Below, piece after piece: positions 48,179 through 54,982 of a stretch of 64,000 nt of DNA. Every line of letters starts with the position of its first letter. The first letter of the stretch is position 1. The stretch covers positions 43,352-107,351 of the forward strand of contig CAXNIJ010000003.1 in assembly GCA_964202455.1 (NCBI GenBank), in the 5' to 3' direction. The position numbers and the translations under genes were made by a program. Under the pieces are notes generated by a model that was not told where the DNA came from, searched no databases, and saw only the letters and a list, made by a program, of their open reading frames with translations. Source of the DNA: Candidatus Pacearchaeota archaeon (GTDB taxonomy: Archaea; Nanobdellota; Nanobdellia; Pacearchaeales; GW2011-AR1).

Positions 48179-48466
48179 TTATGTTGCAGGACGATAGTCA
48201 TATAAGCGTATAAACTCGGATAGTCCCAGAGAAATATGCGCACTCTTAGTGCAAAGTTCTACGCGAAATTGATAATTAATTTTCGCTTTATCGAATGCTT
48301 CAACTTCTCGCCATAATCTAGGATCAACTAAGTTTTATCTTTCAACTGGAGAATTGGGATTTATTAGAATTAGTCGCGGAAATTGAAGTTCTACCCTTCC
48401 AACAGCACTAGAAACCTCTAAAGAAGTATCAAGAAGTTCACGTATACGCAAAAATTCAATTTTCAT
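48179..48466 (-). pseudogene. 96-codon frame interrupted by one in-frame TAA (unknown small protein)
   Basis: Own translation: MKIEFLRIRELLDTSLEVSSAVGRVELQFPRLILINPNSPVER-TAA(48335-48337)-NLVDPRLWREVEAFDKAKINYQFRVELCTKSAHISLGLSEFIRLYDYRPAT. The second part has no ATG/GTG/TTG start. Confidence 0.35.
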
Positions 48467-48525
48467 AATAAGGTTATTTTTAACTCATTTAAAAAGATAT
48501 ATGCAAGAGAAAATATAGAGGAAGA

Positions 48526-48753
48526 TTATTTCTTCGCATCAAGAACATATGCATTTCCTGCAAAGACTCTTCCAGTTTTAAGACATTTCCATATTCCAGC
48601 TGCAATGCGTTTAACTCTTCCTTTAGGATGAAATGGAGATATCTGTCTTTTTCTTTGAACAGCCTCAATAGTATTATATTCATTTCTTACACGTACGCCA
48701 TATCCTGCACCAAACTTACCAAATGCTTTAATCTTCTTAGTTTTTGCTCCCAT
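48526..48753 (-). CDS. rpl37ae: ribosomal protein L37Ae (eL43), zinc-ligand-poor variant
   Basis: 75 aa. It has FGAGYGVRVR and AAGIWKC...FAGNAY. Three of the four usual Cys ligands are absent (SPFH, CLKT). Confidence 0.8.
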   Translation of the reverse strand: MGAKTKKIKAFGKFGAGYGVRVRNEYNTIEAVQRKRQISPFHPKGRVKRIAAGIWKCLKTGRVFAGNAYVLDAKK

Positions 48754-48777
48754 TATACTATCTTGAAAAAGGGGTTT

Positions 48778-49290
48778 TTAAACACTTCGCCCATCATTAC
48801 TTAGAAGCGAATTGATCTTTTCAACATAAAGAAGAATTTGCCGCTCAGCTTCTTTTCTCGCTTCTTCTCTTGGAATATATGTTCCTTCATTTTCGAATTG
48901 ATTATTAGCACATTCGGCCATGAGAAAGTCTACTAGCTTTCCTTTTGGCCAATCTCCCCAACACTCAAGTAATCTTTGCGGATCAGCTTTTTTTGCAAGT
49001 TCTCCAGATTTTTTTCTAACTTCACTTCTAGTCGTTAAATAATTTGTGTCTAGTAATTCACTTCCTTCGACAATACAAAGATACGAACGTAATGCAAGCC
49101 ACGCATCCATATTTATTACACTCTCATTTTCTCCAGATAGTTTTGATGTACGTTCAAGCATTCCTTTTATTATAGATTGTCTTTGTGGCGAATAAGGTTT
49201 TTCTGAAAGAGCATACAAAAATGCTAACTCTTTAGGCCCACCAGTAGAAAAAATTATGGGCAAACTATCAAAATCTTCTTCTTCAAACAT
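48778..49290 (-). CDS. hypothetical protein
   Basis: 170-aa ORF. It looks soluble. No motif recognised. Confidence 0.45.
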   Translation of the reverse strand: MFEEEDFDSLPIIFSTGGPKELAFLYALSEKPYSPQRQSIIKGMLERTSKLSGENESVINMDAWLALRSYLCIVEGSELLDTNYLTTRSEVRKKSGELAKKADPQRLLECWGDWPKGKLVDFLMAECANNQFENEGTYIPREEARKEAERQILLYVEKINSLLSNDGRSV

Positions 49291-49330
49291 AACTATTATT
49301 TCTTTGTTCTATTTAAAATGATTATGGTGT

Positions 49331-49479
49331 TCAAGAAATCAAAACTTAGAGAATATTCTATTCTCGATAGCACTCAAGGACTCACGTCTTTGAGGCTGAG
49401 AAAAACTATGTGTTTCGAGGCGCTCAGAAACTTTTAGTTTCTGACGTTTAAGCAGTGGTGGCGCGTCGTTTTTTCGATT
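49331..49479. repeat. hairpin-chain element D (TCAAG...CTTGA family)
   Basis: GAGAATA/TATTCTC at 49349-49365, then the 8-nt linker GATAGCAC, then TCAAGGAC/GTCTTTGA at 49374-49393 (one G-T pair). CAGAAAC/GTTTCTG at 49424-49442. The 35-nt module at 49445-49479 matches element B at 28 of 35 positions. Confidence 0.5.
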
Positions 49480-49513
49480 CTAGATTAAAAGATTGACTTT
49501 TGACGCAAAACCG

Positions 49514-49807
49514 TTATTTTTTTGCCGTTGTGTAAATGACACGATTTACTTCTCGGACTTCATTAGTTATTCCACCACTTAATATTTCTAAGAACTGAGT
49601 TCTTCTTCTCCATACAAACTCTTTTTGATTATACGAAGTAATTTCCGCAAGATACCCGTACGTTCTCTCATCTCCTTGGACTCCAACAGTTTTAGCATCA
49701 ATAATTCTAGCTTCTGTAAACGTGTATCTAACATCACTTATCTCAAGTTCTTCTCTAAGAATTGCATCAACCTTTTGAGCTAATTTTTGAAGTTTTCTTT
49801 GCCACAT
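49514..49807 (-). CDS. stand-alone GMP synthase C-terminal (dimerisation) domain-like protein
   Basis: 97 aa. VGVQGDERTYGY...ITNEVREVNRVIYT matches the conserved end of GuaA. There is no ATP-PPase or GATase part. Confidence 0.55.
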   Translation of the reverse strand: MWQRKLQKLAQKVDAILREELEISDVRYTFTEARIIDAKTVGVQGDERTYGYLAEITSYNQKEFVWRRRTQFLEILSGGITNEVREVNRVIYTTAKK

Positions 49808-49881
49808 GCTCGTGCATCATAAGATCAACAAAATTAGCATCTTCATCAGATTCATGTGAAAATTTCATGATTAATGGAGTA

Positions 49882-49954
49882 TGGGGATGCTGGGATTTGA
49901 ACCCAGATCGCGAAGTCCCAAACCTCGAATGTTACCAGGTTGCACCACATCCCC
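49882..49954 (-). tRNA. tRNA-Pro (anticodon UGG)
   Basis: Minus-strand read: acceptor GGGGATG/CATCCCC, anticodon stem CGAGG/CTTCG, loop TTTGGGA, T arm CTGGG-TTCAAAT-CCCAG, discriminator A. It is 73 nt with no intron and no encoded CCA. Confidence 0.9.
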
Positions 49955-50116
49955 ATTGTAAGTTAAAATAATTGATGGTTTTTAATTGTTTGCGAAGAGG
50001 AAATAAAATCATAAAAAAATCAATTCATTTCAATCATTTCATTAAATGCCAAATTTGACCGATTATCTCCCAGAATTTAGGAGTTTATAATCGGTTTATA
50101 GATTGTGTACTAAAAT

Positions 50117-50845
50117 TTACTTCTTCTTAGCAGCAGGCTTAGCTTCTTCTTTCTTTGCTCCGGCAACAGCGGGTGTTGTAGATGCAGGCGTTGCTCCAGC
50201 AACAGGTGCAACTGCTCCAGCAGCTGGTGCAGCCGTGGCCGCAGCAGCCTTAGCAGCCTCTTCAGCAGCTTTAGCTTCAGCAATTGCTTTCTGTTCTTTA
50301 TCTTGCTTTTCTCGTACAGCAACATAGAATTCTTTAAGTTGTTTTACTTTTTCTGGAGTTGGCATAGTTAATTCTTGTTTTATTTCTTTATCATATTTTC
50401 CCGCATCAATATCTTTCTCAATTTCTTTAGCTGTTTTATTATCGATAAGAACCCCAAGAGAGACACACGTTCCGACAATTAATTTTACAGCATTCTTTAA
50501 GTCTTTAGCAAGAAGATTTCCTTTCTTTGTAAGAGCAATGTCAACAACTCTTTCAAATGCCAGGTTTCCTACCTTATATGCACCAGCAGCCCCAGAACCC
50601 TTCTCAAGACCCAGTTCTTTCTTGATAAGTTCAGCTGTAGGAGGAGAAAAAACTCTTATCTTATATGTTTTAGTTTTTGGGTCTACATCGATTTCAACAG
50701 GAACTTTAGTGCCTTTGAATCCAGCAGTAGCCGTATTTATATCAGCAATGACTTTACCCATATTTATTCCAAGGGGACCAATTTGCTGAGCTACAGCTGG
50801 CCCAGGTTTCATATCTCCACCATCAACAATAAGTTTTACTATCAT
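50117..50845 (-). CDS. rpl11: ribosomal protein uL11 with ~80-aa Ala/Lys/Pro-rich C-terminal extension
   Basis: The core has DGGDMKPGPAVAQQIGPLGINMGKV and FSPPTAELIKKE. The tail is AIAEAKAAEEAAKAAAATAAPAAGAVAPVAGATPASTTPAVAGAKKEEAKPAAKKK. Confidence 0.9.
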   Translation of the reverse strand: MIVKLIVDGGDMKPGPAVAQQIGPLGINMGKVIADINTATAGFKGTKVPVEIDVDPKTKTYKIRVFSPPTAELIKKELGLEKGSGAAGAYKVGNLAFERVVDIALTKKGNLLAKDLKNAVKLIVGTCVSLGVLIDNKTAKEIEKDIDAGKYDKEIKQELTMPTPEKVKQLKEFYVAVREKQDKEQKAIAEAKAAEEAAKAAAATAAPAAGAVAPVAGATPASTTPAVAGAKKEEAKPAAKKK

Positions 50846-50849
50846 TTAA

Positions 50850-51350
50850 TTATTCAAAAGTGAATTCCTCCTCGTCCATAATTTTTTCTTCAGGTTTCAT
50901 CTCTTCTTCTTTCTCTTCACGCCTTATAACCTTTATGTTATCTAGTTTTACAGTAACTGGAATAGGTACGCTGGCCCCCAGAAGAGAAACAACAACTTCA
51001 CCCTTCTGTTTATCGATTCTAGTAACTTTAGCTTTCTCTCCTTTAAATGTCTGTCCAATCATTTCAACTATATCTCCAATCTGGATTTTGTAATCCTCGG
51101 CTTTAGGTTCAAGCATATTCTTAATTTCTTCATAAGTAACAGTCTTTCCAATAATTCCCTTAACATAAGGTAAGTCAAAAGCAGCCTCTTCGGCAGAATC
51201 TCTATCTGCTGCTTCAAGAATTACATATCCTTTTAATCCATGGGGGCGAACAATTGCGTAGACATTCAATGTCTTTTTATGAACGCGTTCACTAATCATC
51301 TCGATAGCTCTATCTTCTTTATTCGTTGTGACTTTAATAATAAATATCAT
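50850..51350 (-). CDS. spt5: transcription elongation factor Spt5 (archaeal NusG)
   Basis: 166 aa. It has an NGN domain (FIIKVTTNKEDRA, GYVILEA), a KOW domain (GDIVEMIGQTFKGEKAKVTRID) and an acidic tail. Confidence 0.85.
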   Translation of the reverse strand: MIFIIKVTTNKEDRAIEMISERVHKKTLNVYAIVRPHGLKGYVILEAADRDSAEEAAFDLPYVKGIIGKTVTYEEIKNMLEPKAEDYKIQIGDIVEMIGQTFKGEKAKVTRIDKQKGEVVVSLLGASVPIPVTVKLDNIKVIRREEKEEEMKPEEKIMDEEEFTFE

Positions 51351-51397
51351 TTATATGCTCCGCTACCTCATGAATATCAAGAAGTAGATACTAAAAG

Positions 51398-51724
51398 ATG
51401 AGAAGAAGGGTTTATAAAAGTTTCTTTTTACACTTATTTATGATTGACTCTAAAAATCAAAAATATCCCTATCCAATTCCAAGTAATTCATTAGTTCAGA
51501 AAGGAGATAGATATGGAAATATTTGGTTTACAGAAAATAAAATGAATCTTTATGAGATTACAGAAGTATCTCAAACTCAATTATCTTTCAAGTTATCTGC
51601 GGGAGAAATTAAATGGATTAATTTTAATGTTCCAGGAATAATGATCTATCGAGAAAGTAAAAAAGGACTTAAACCCATAGCTTTCTCTCCGGATGTGCAA
51701 GGATTACTCGCATTAGTTTATTAA
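51398..51724 (+). CDS. hypothetical protein
   Basis: 108-aa ORF with an alternative ATG at 51440. No motif recognised. Confidence 0.35.
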   Translation: MRRRVYKSFFLHLFMIDSKNQKYPYPIPSNSLVQKGDRYGNIWFTENKMNLYEITEVSQTQLSFKLSAGEIKWINFNVPGIMIYRESKKGLKPIAFSPDVQGLLALVY

Positions 51725-51752
51725 AAAAATCAATTATACTGTCTTTAACTTA

Positions 51753-52193
51753 TCATAATTTAGCAAGATATTCTTTAACTCTTTCAGTCATTTGAGGAAT
51801 AAGAAATCTCTCAATCTTTGATTCAAATATCTCAGACAAAGAGGCAAACTCCGAAATACGGTACTTATTTTCTTGTTTATCCACAAACATTCCATCACGT
51901 AATCTTTTAAGTTGTCTTCGGATATTACTTTCTGCAAGACCTTTAATTTCTAATGAATGTTCTTTTCTTTTTTGTTCTACTTGGTCGCGAATTTCAAAGG
52001 AAGAAAGCCATATTTTATTTTTCCTTGCTTCTTCAAGGACTAGCACAATATCCACCATAATATCCCGAGAATCGCCAGGTTGGAGCATCCCTAGACTCAA
52101 ACAGACCTTACGTACAAGTTCACGAGGATTTGCATCATAGGGTTTTTCATATCTTCTAAGAGTTATTTCACCAAGAGGAATATCTTTCACCAT
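51753..52193 (-). CDS. hypothetical protein, possible winged-helix regulator
   Basis: 146 aa. IRRQLKRLRDGMFVDKQENKYRI resembles a wHTH wing. Confidence 0.4.
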   Translation of the reverse strand: MVKDIPLGEITLRRYEKPYDANPRELVRKVCLSLGMLQPGDSRDIMVDIVLVLEEARKNKIWLSSFEIRDQVEQKRKEHSLEIKGLAESNIRRQLKRLRDGMFVDKQENKYRISEFASLSEIFESKIERFLIPQMTERVKEYLAKL

Positions 52194-52243
52194 TACACTC
52201 CTAGCACGAGAAGAATTATAAATCTACGCATTGTTGCAAAACC

Positions 52244-52600
52244 ATGGAATTAGTAGCTTATTTAGGAAAAGATAAAGAAAATTGGGGACAAGTAACTGCG
52301 TTAATACGTAGAGGCGAATGGGAAAAAGTTCTTCTTATAGGAAGTCGTGAAGCTAAAGAATTCCCACTAGAGCAAAACTCAGAATTTATTTTAGTAGACA
52401 GTGAAAAACCAATGTTGTCTTTCAAACAAGAACTTCTTGAAAAAATAAAGGCCAAAATTGGAGGAGATTTTGAAGTTGCACTTTCACTTGCCTCAGGAAC
52501 GGGCAAAGAACATATGGCTCTAATTTCAGCTCTATTGAATATTCCTGTGGGAGTAAAGATAGTAGTGTATACAAAAGAAGGATTACAATTTATTACTTAA
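52244..52600 (+). CDS. hypothetical protein
   Basis: 118-aa ORF. No motif recognised. Confidence 0.4.
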   Translation: MELVAYLGKDKENWGQVTALIRRGEWEKVLLIGSREAKEFPLEQNSEFILVDSEKPMLSFKQELLEKIKAKIGGDFEVALSLASGTGKEHMALISALLNIPVGVKIVVYTKEGLQFIT

Positions 52601-52680
52601 AGAGAAATTTAGGCTCATCAAAAACCTAGTTTTTTAGTGCCGTCAATAATTTTTGATTCTTGAGGTTTGCAAATTTCTCT
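52601..52680. repeat. conserved stem-loop AGAGAAATTT...AAATTTCTCT (copy 2 of 3, expanded loop)
   Basis: 10-bp perfect stem (52601-52610 / 52671-52680) enclosing a 60-nt loop that starts AGGC and ends GGTTTGC. The G-C pair of the other copies is replaced by A-T. Confidence 0.45.
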
Positions 52681-52701
52681 AAAGGCCGGATAAAATTTTT
52701 C

Positions 52702-53130
52702 TTAAATAACTTTATGCATTGCTTGCCTAAATGGCTTTGACCAGTAAAGTGTAACTATAAAAATTACGATTGCAATAGAGTCTATCAATATGCAACTAGA
52801 ACAGAATTTTTTGAGAATAAATAGTTGAATAGAAATAAAATATATTGCAAATACAAATCCTAGAACTGCTCCAGTGAAAAATAGAAGATAAATCCATCTG
52901 TATCTTTCAGTCGCTAGAAAAAGACCTAAAAGAAGAATAAACATAGCTAACCCAAAAAAACTGAGTTTTATTCCGAATAGAGATCCATACTCAGAATTTT
53001 GTACGGAAGCGCAATCCGCGCCCCCTAGACAGAGCCCCGATGAGCTACTTTCAATAAATAAATAAGCAGTTAGAAGAATCTCTAGAAGAATTAATATTAG
53101 GAGAGTATAATGATGGTGCTTGTGCTGCAT
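52702..53130 (-). CDS. vitamin K epoxide reductase (VKOR) family protein
   Basis: 142 aa with 4 TM segments. Loop cysteines are in CLGGADCASV. The CSSC redox motif sits at the start of the last TM. Confidence 0.65.
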   Translation of the reverse strand: MQHKHHHYTLLILILLEILLTAYLFIESSSSGLCLGGADCASVQNSEYGSLFGIKLSFFGLAMFILLLGLFLATERYRWIYLLFFTGAVLGFVFAIYFISIQLFILKKFCSSCILIDSIAIVIFIVTLYWSKPFRQAMHKVI

Positions 53131-53204
53131 TTTTTTTAATAGATACCTTTATTTTTAAAGTCTCTGGATGAAACGGGTTTCACTTATTATCTGAATGAAT
53201 AGAA

Positions 53205-53395
53205 CGCCCACGCCCCGAGTCGAACGGGGAAATCCCGGAGGAAAGCGGTTTACTTGTCTCCTGACGAAGGGAGGTTGACCGTCAAGGCTTCAAGGATTTA
53301 CAATCCTTGACAGCACTCAAGAACCTCAAGGTTCTTGGTGAACCGTAGGTTTCTTACGTCTCAAGACCGCCGGAGTACCGTTGTCCCACGTGGGC
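53205..53395 (-). tRNA. tRNA-Ser (anticodon UGA) with ~109-nt intron in the anticodon loop (approx. 53250-53359)
   Basis: Minus-strand read: acceptor GCCCACG/CGTGGGC, discriminator G, 3-bp D stem GGA/TCC, anticodon stem GCGGT/ACCGC, loop CTTGAGA, 15-nt variable arm, T arm CCCCG-TTCGACT-CGGGG. CUUG (32-35) can pair with CAAG just before the 3' splice site, flanked by the 3-nt bulges AGA and UAA. Confidence 0.85.
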
Positions 53396-53441
53396 ATAGA
53401 ATAATTATATAAAAAGCACTTATAAATGTACCTCTGCTCGT

Positions 53442-53840
53442 TTAGATCTTGCAAATATTATCATTACATATTCTTAATTCTCCCGGGTACAGTGTTGCAC
53501 AATCTATTTTTGTTTGGCATTCCTTTTGATAACACCACCGATTACTACAAATCCCTTCTCCAGAGGGATATGCGCCAATGCAACCTTCATTAGAAGTACA
53601 ATGATGCTTGGTTCTAATCGTTCTTACTTCTTCAGCAAGATTGCCTTTGATAGTTATATTTCTTGTAATTTCTGAAGTTGAACAACTTTGATTTTGTGCA
53701 ATAAAATTAAAATCTCGATTCTTACATATCTTATCGCAGAATGTAACATTTTCTATTAAAAGATAATTTTTATAAAAACTAAGTTTATCAAGAAAATATC
53801 TACCAACTTCTCCTTAATCTACCGCTAAGAACACGTGCAT
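53442..53840 (-). pseudogene. Cys-rich 123-codon open frame with no start codon; upstream ATG separated by in-frame TAA
   Basis: Own translation: ATG(53840) MHVFLAVD-TAA(53814-53816)-GEVGRYFLDKLSFYKNYLLIENVTFCDKICKNRDFNF...CSNRWCYQKECQTKIDCATLYPGELRICNDNICKI. There is no in-frame ATG/GTG/TTG after the TAA. Confidence 0.35.
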
Positions 53841-53861
53841 ATTCGGGCACCTAATGGAAAA

Positions 53862-54140
53862 TTACCCGAATAGTGCGCTGAGACCTGCTGCAGATTCTGA
53901 AGGAGCTTCTTCTTTCTTTTCTTCTTTCTTAGCTGGTGCTGCCGCGGCTGGTGCTGTTGCGGCTGCGCTGGCGTTTGCGAGTTCAGTTGCAATGTCCACT
54001 CCTTGCAATGCTGCAATGAGAGTCTTTATTTTTGATTCGTCTACCTGCGCGCCAGTACTTGCAATAACTTTTGTTAAGCTATCTTCAGATACTGTTTGTC
54101 CAAGCTTGTGTAAGAGTAAAGCTCCGTAAATGTATTCCAT
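53862..54140 (-). CDS. rpl12: ribosomal stalk protein P1 (archaeal L12)
   Basis: 92 aa. It has MEYIYGALLLH, an Ala-rich hinge, KKEEKKEE and a terminal GLSALFG. Confidence 0.9.
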   Translation of the reverse strand: MEYIYGALLLHKLGQTVSEDSLTKVIASTGAQVDESKIKTLIAALQGVDIATELANASAAATAPAAAAPAKKEEKKEEAPSESAAGLSALFG

Positions 54141-54982
54141 TAGTTGCCCTCCTTTGTAGTTGTTTGAGTTTGTTTGTCAATAAGAGATTTAATTGCATTT
54201 TCTTCTGCATTTGCTTTTGCAAAGAAATATGATAAGGTTTCTTTTGCAAGATACTTAATTGATATTGCAAATCCAAGTGCTTTTCCGATTGCTTGTCTGA
54301 GCTCTTCGTGTGTTTTTTTCTTATCTATCTTGATACCTGAATAAACTTTGTTATTTGTTGCATCGTATGCTGCAACTGGTTCAAATCCTACCTTCATGGG
54401 TTTGATATCTAGTTTTGCCATGACTCCTGCAACGTTTTCCTTGATTACTTCTCCAGCTCTTACAATTGTTGCAGGCAACTTAATTGCTAACTTTCCGCCT
54501 TCTACAGCTACCTTTAATCCTACTCCAGATAACTCTGAAATTGCTGGTCCTGGAACTAGAGTCGTTGGTCCAGGTTCTACATTAATATCCTCTGGAGCTA
54601 TGTCTCCTGCTCTAGCTTTAGTTGGACTTTGATTATCACTTAATAATCCAGAGAGTTCAAAAGTGTCAATATCTGAGAAAAATAATGCAATGTCTGCCCC
54701 GATATACTCTTTAAGATTTTGCATTCCGTCCTTTCCAGATTCAGTGATTGCTCTAATAACTAATGATTTCTTTGCAACCTGAACTTCTGCTTTTCCACGA
54801 AGATTCTTCTTTATTTCATGAAACTGTGAGCTAGGCAATCCATTTGTAGAAGCAATCAATACAGTATTACTCTCTTTCATTTTCTTTATTAAATCTGCTA
54901 CAGTCTTTAGTTTATACTCTGGAATAGATTTTGTTCTCTCATGACTCTCTTCTTTTACTGTTGTCTTTTTCTTTGCAGCCAT
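54140..54982 (-). CDS. rpl10: ribosomal protein uL10 (P0), short form lacking the acidic stalk tail
   Basis: 280 aa. The uL10 N-domain is recognisable. It ends ...AIKSLIDKQTQTTTKEGN without the P1-like GLxxLFG tail. Confidence 0.85.
   Translation of the reverse strand: MAAKKKTTVKEESHERTKSIPEYKLKTVADLIKKMKESNTVLIASTNGLPSSQFHEIKKNLRGKAEVQVAKKSLVIRAITESGKDGMQNLKEYIGADIALFFSDIDTFELSGLLSDNQSPTKARAGDIAPEDINVEPGPTTLVPGPAISELSGVGLKVAVEGGKLAIKLPATIVRAGEVIKENVAGVMAKLDIKPMKVGFEPVAAYDATNNKVYSGIKIDKKKTHEELRQAIGKALGFAISIKYLAKETLSYFFAKANAEENAIKSLIDKQTQTTTKEGN

Noticed and set aside
50103-50327. 74-aa (+) and 71-aa (-) ORFs over the 3' end of rpl11
   Set aside because: These are alternative frames of the GC-rich Ala/Lys-coding tail. 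They are repetitive poly-Ala or poly-Leu translations with no independent signals.
48335-53816. Genome-wide reassignment of TAA as a sense codon, suggested by two TAA-interrupted frames
   Set aside because: Many well-supported genes here terminate at TAA at the expected protein end (rfbB-rfbA, the S-layer gene, rpl11). A global recoding is therefore not tenable; only local readthrough or pseudogenisation remains possible.
53825-54276. Alternative-frame ORFs over rpl12 and the end of rpl10 (63, 91, 63 aa)
   Set aside because: They overlap highly conserved ribosomal genes. The repetitive Ala- or Gln-rich translations derive from the Ala/Lys/Glu hinge coding sequence.
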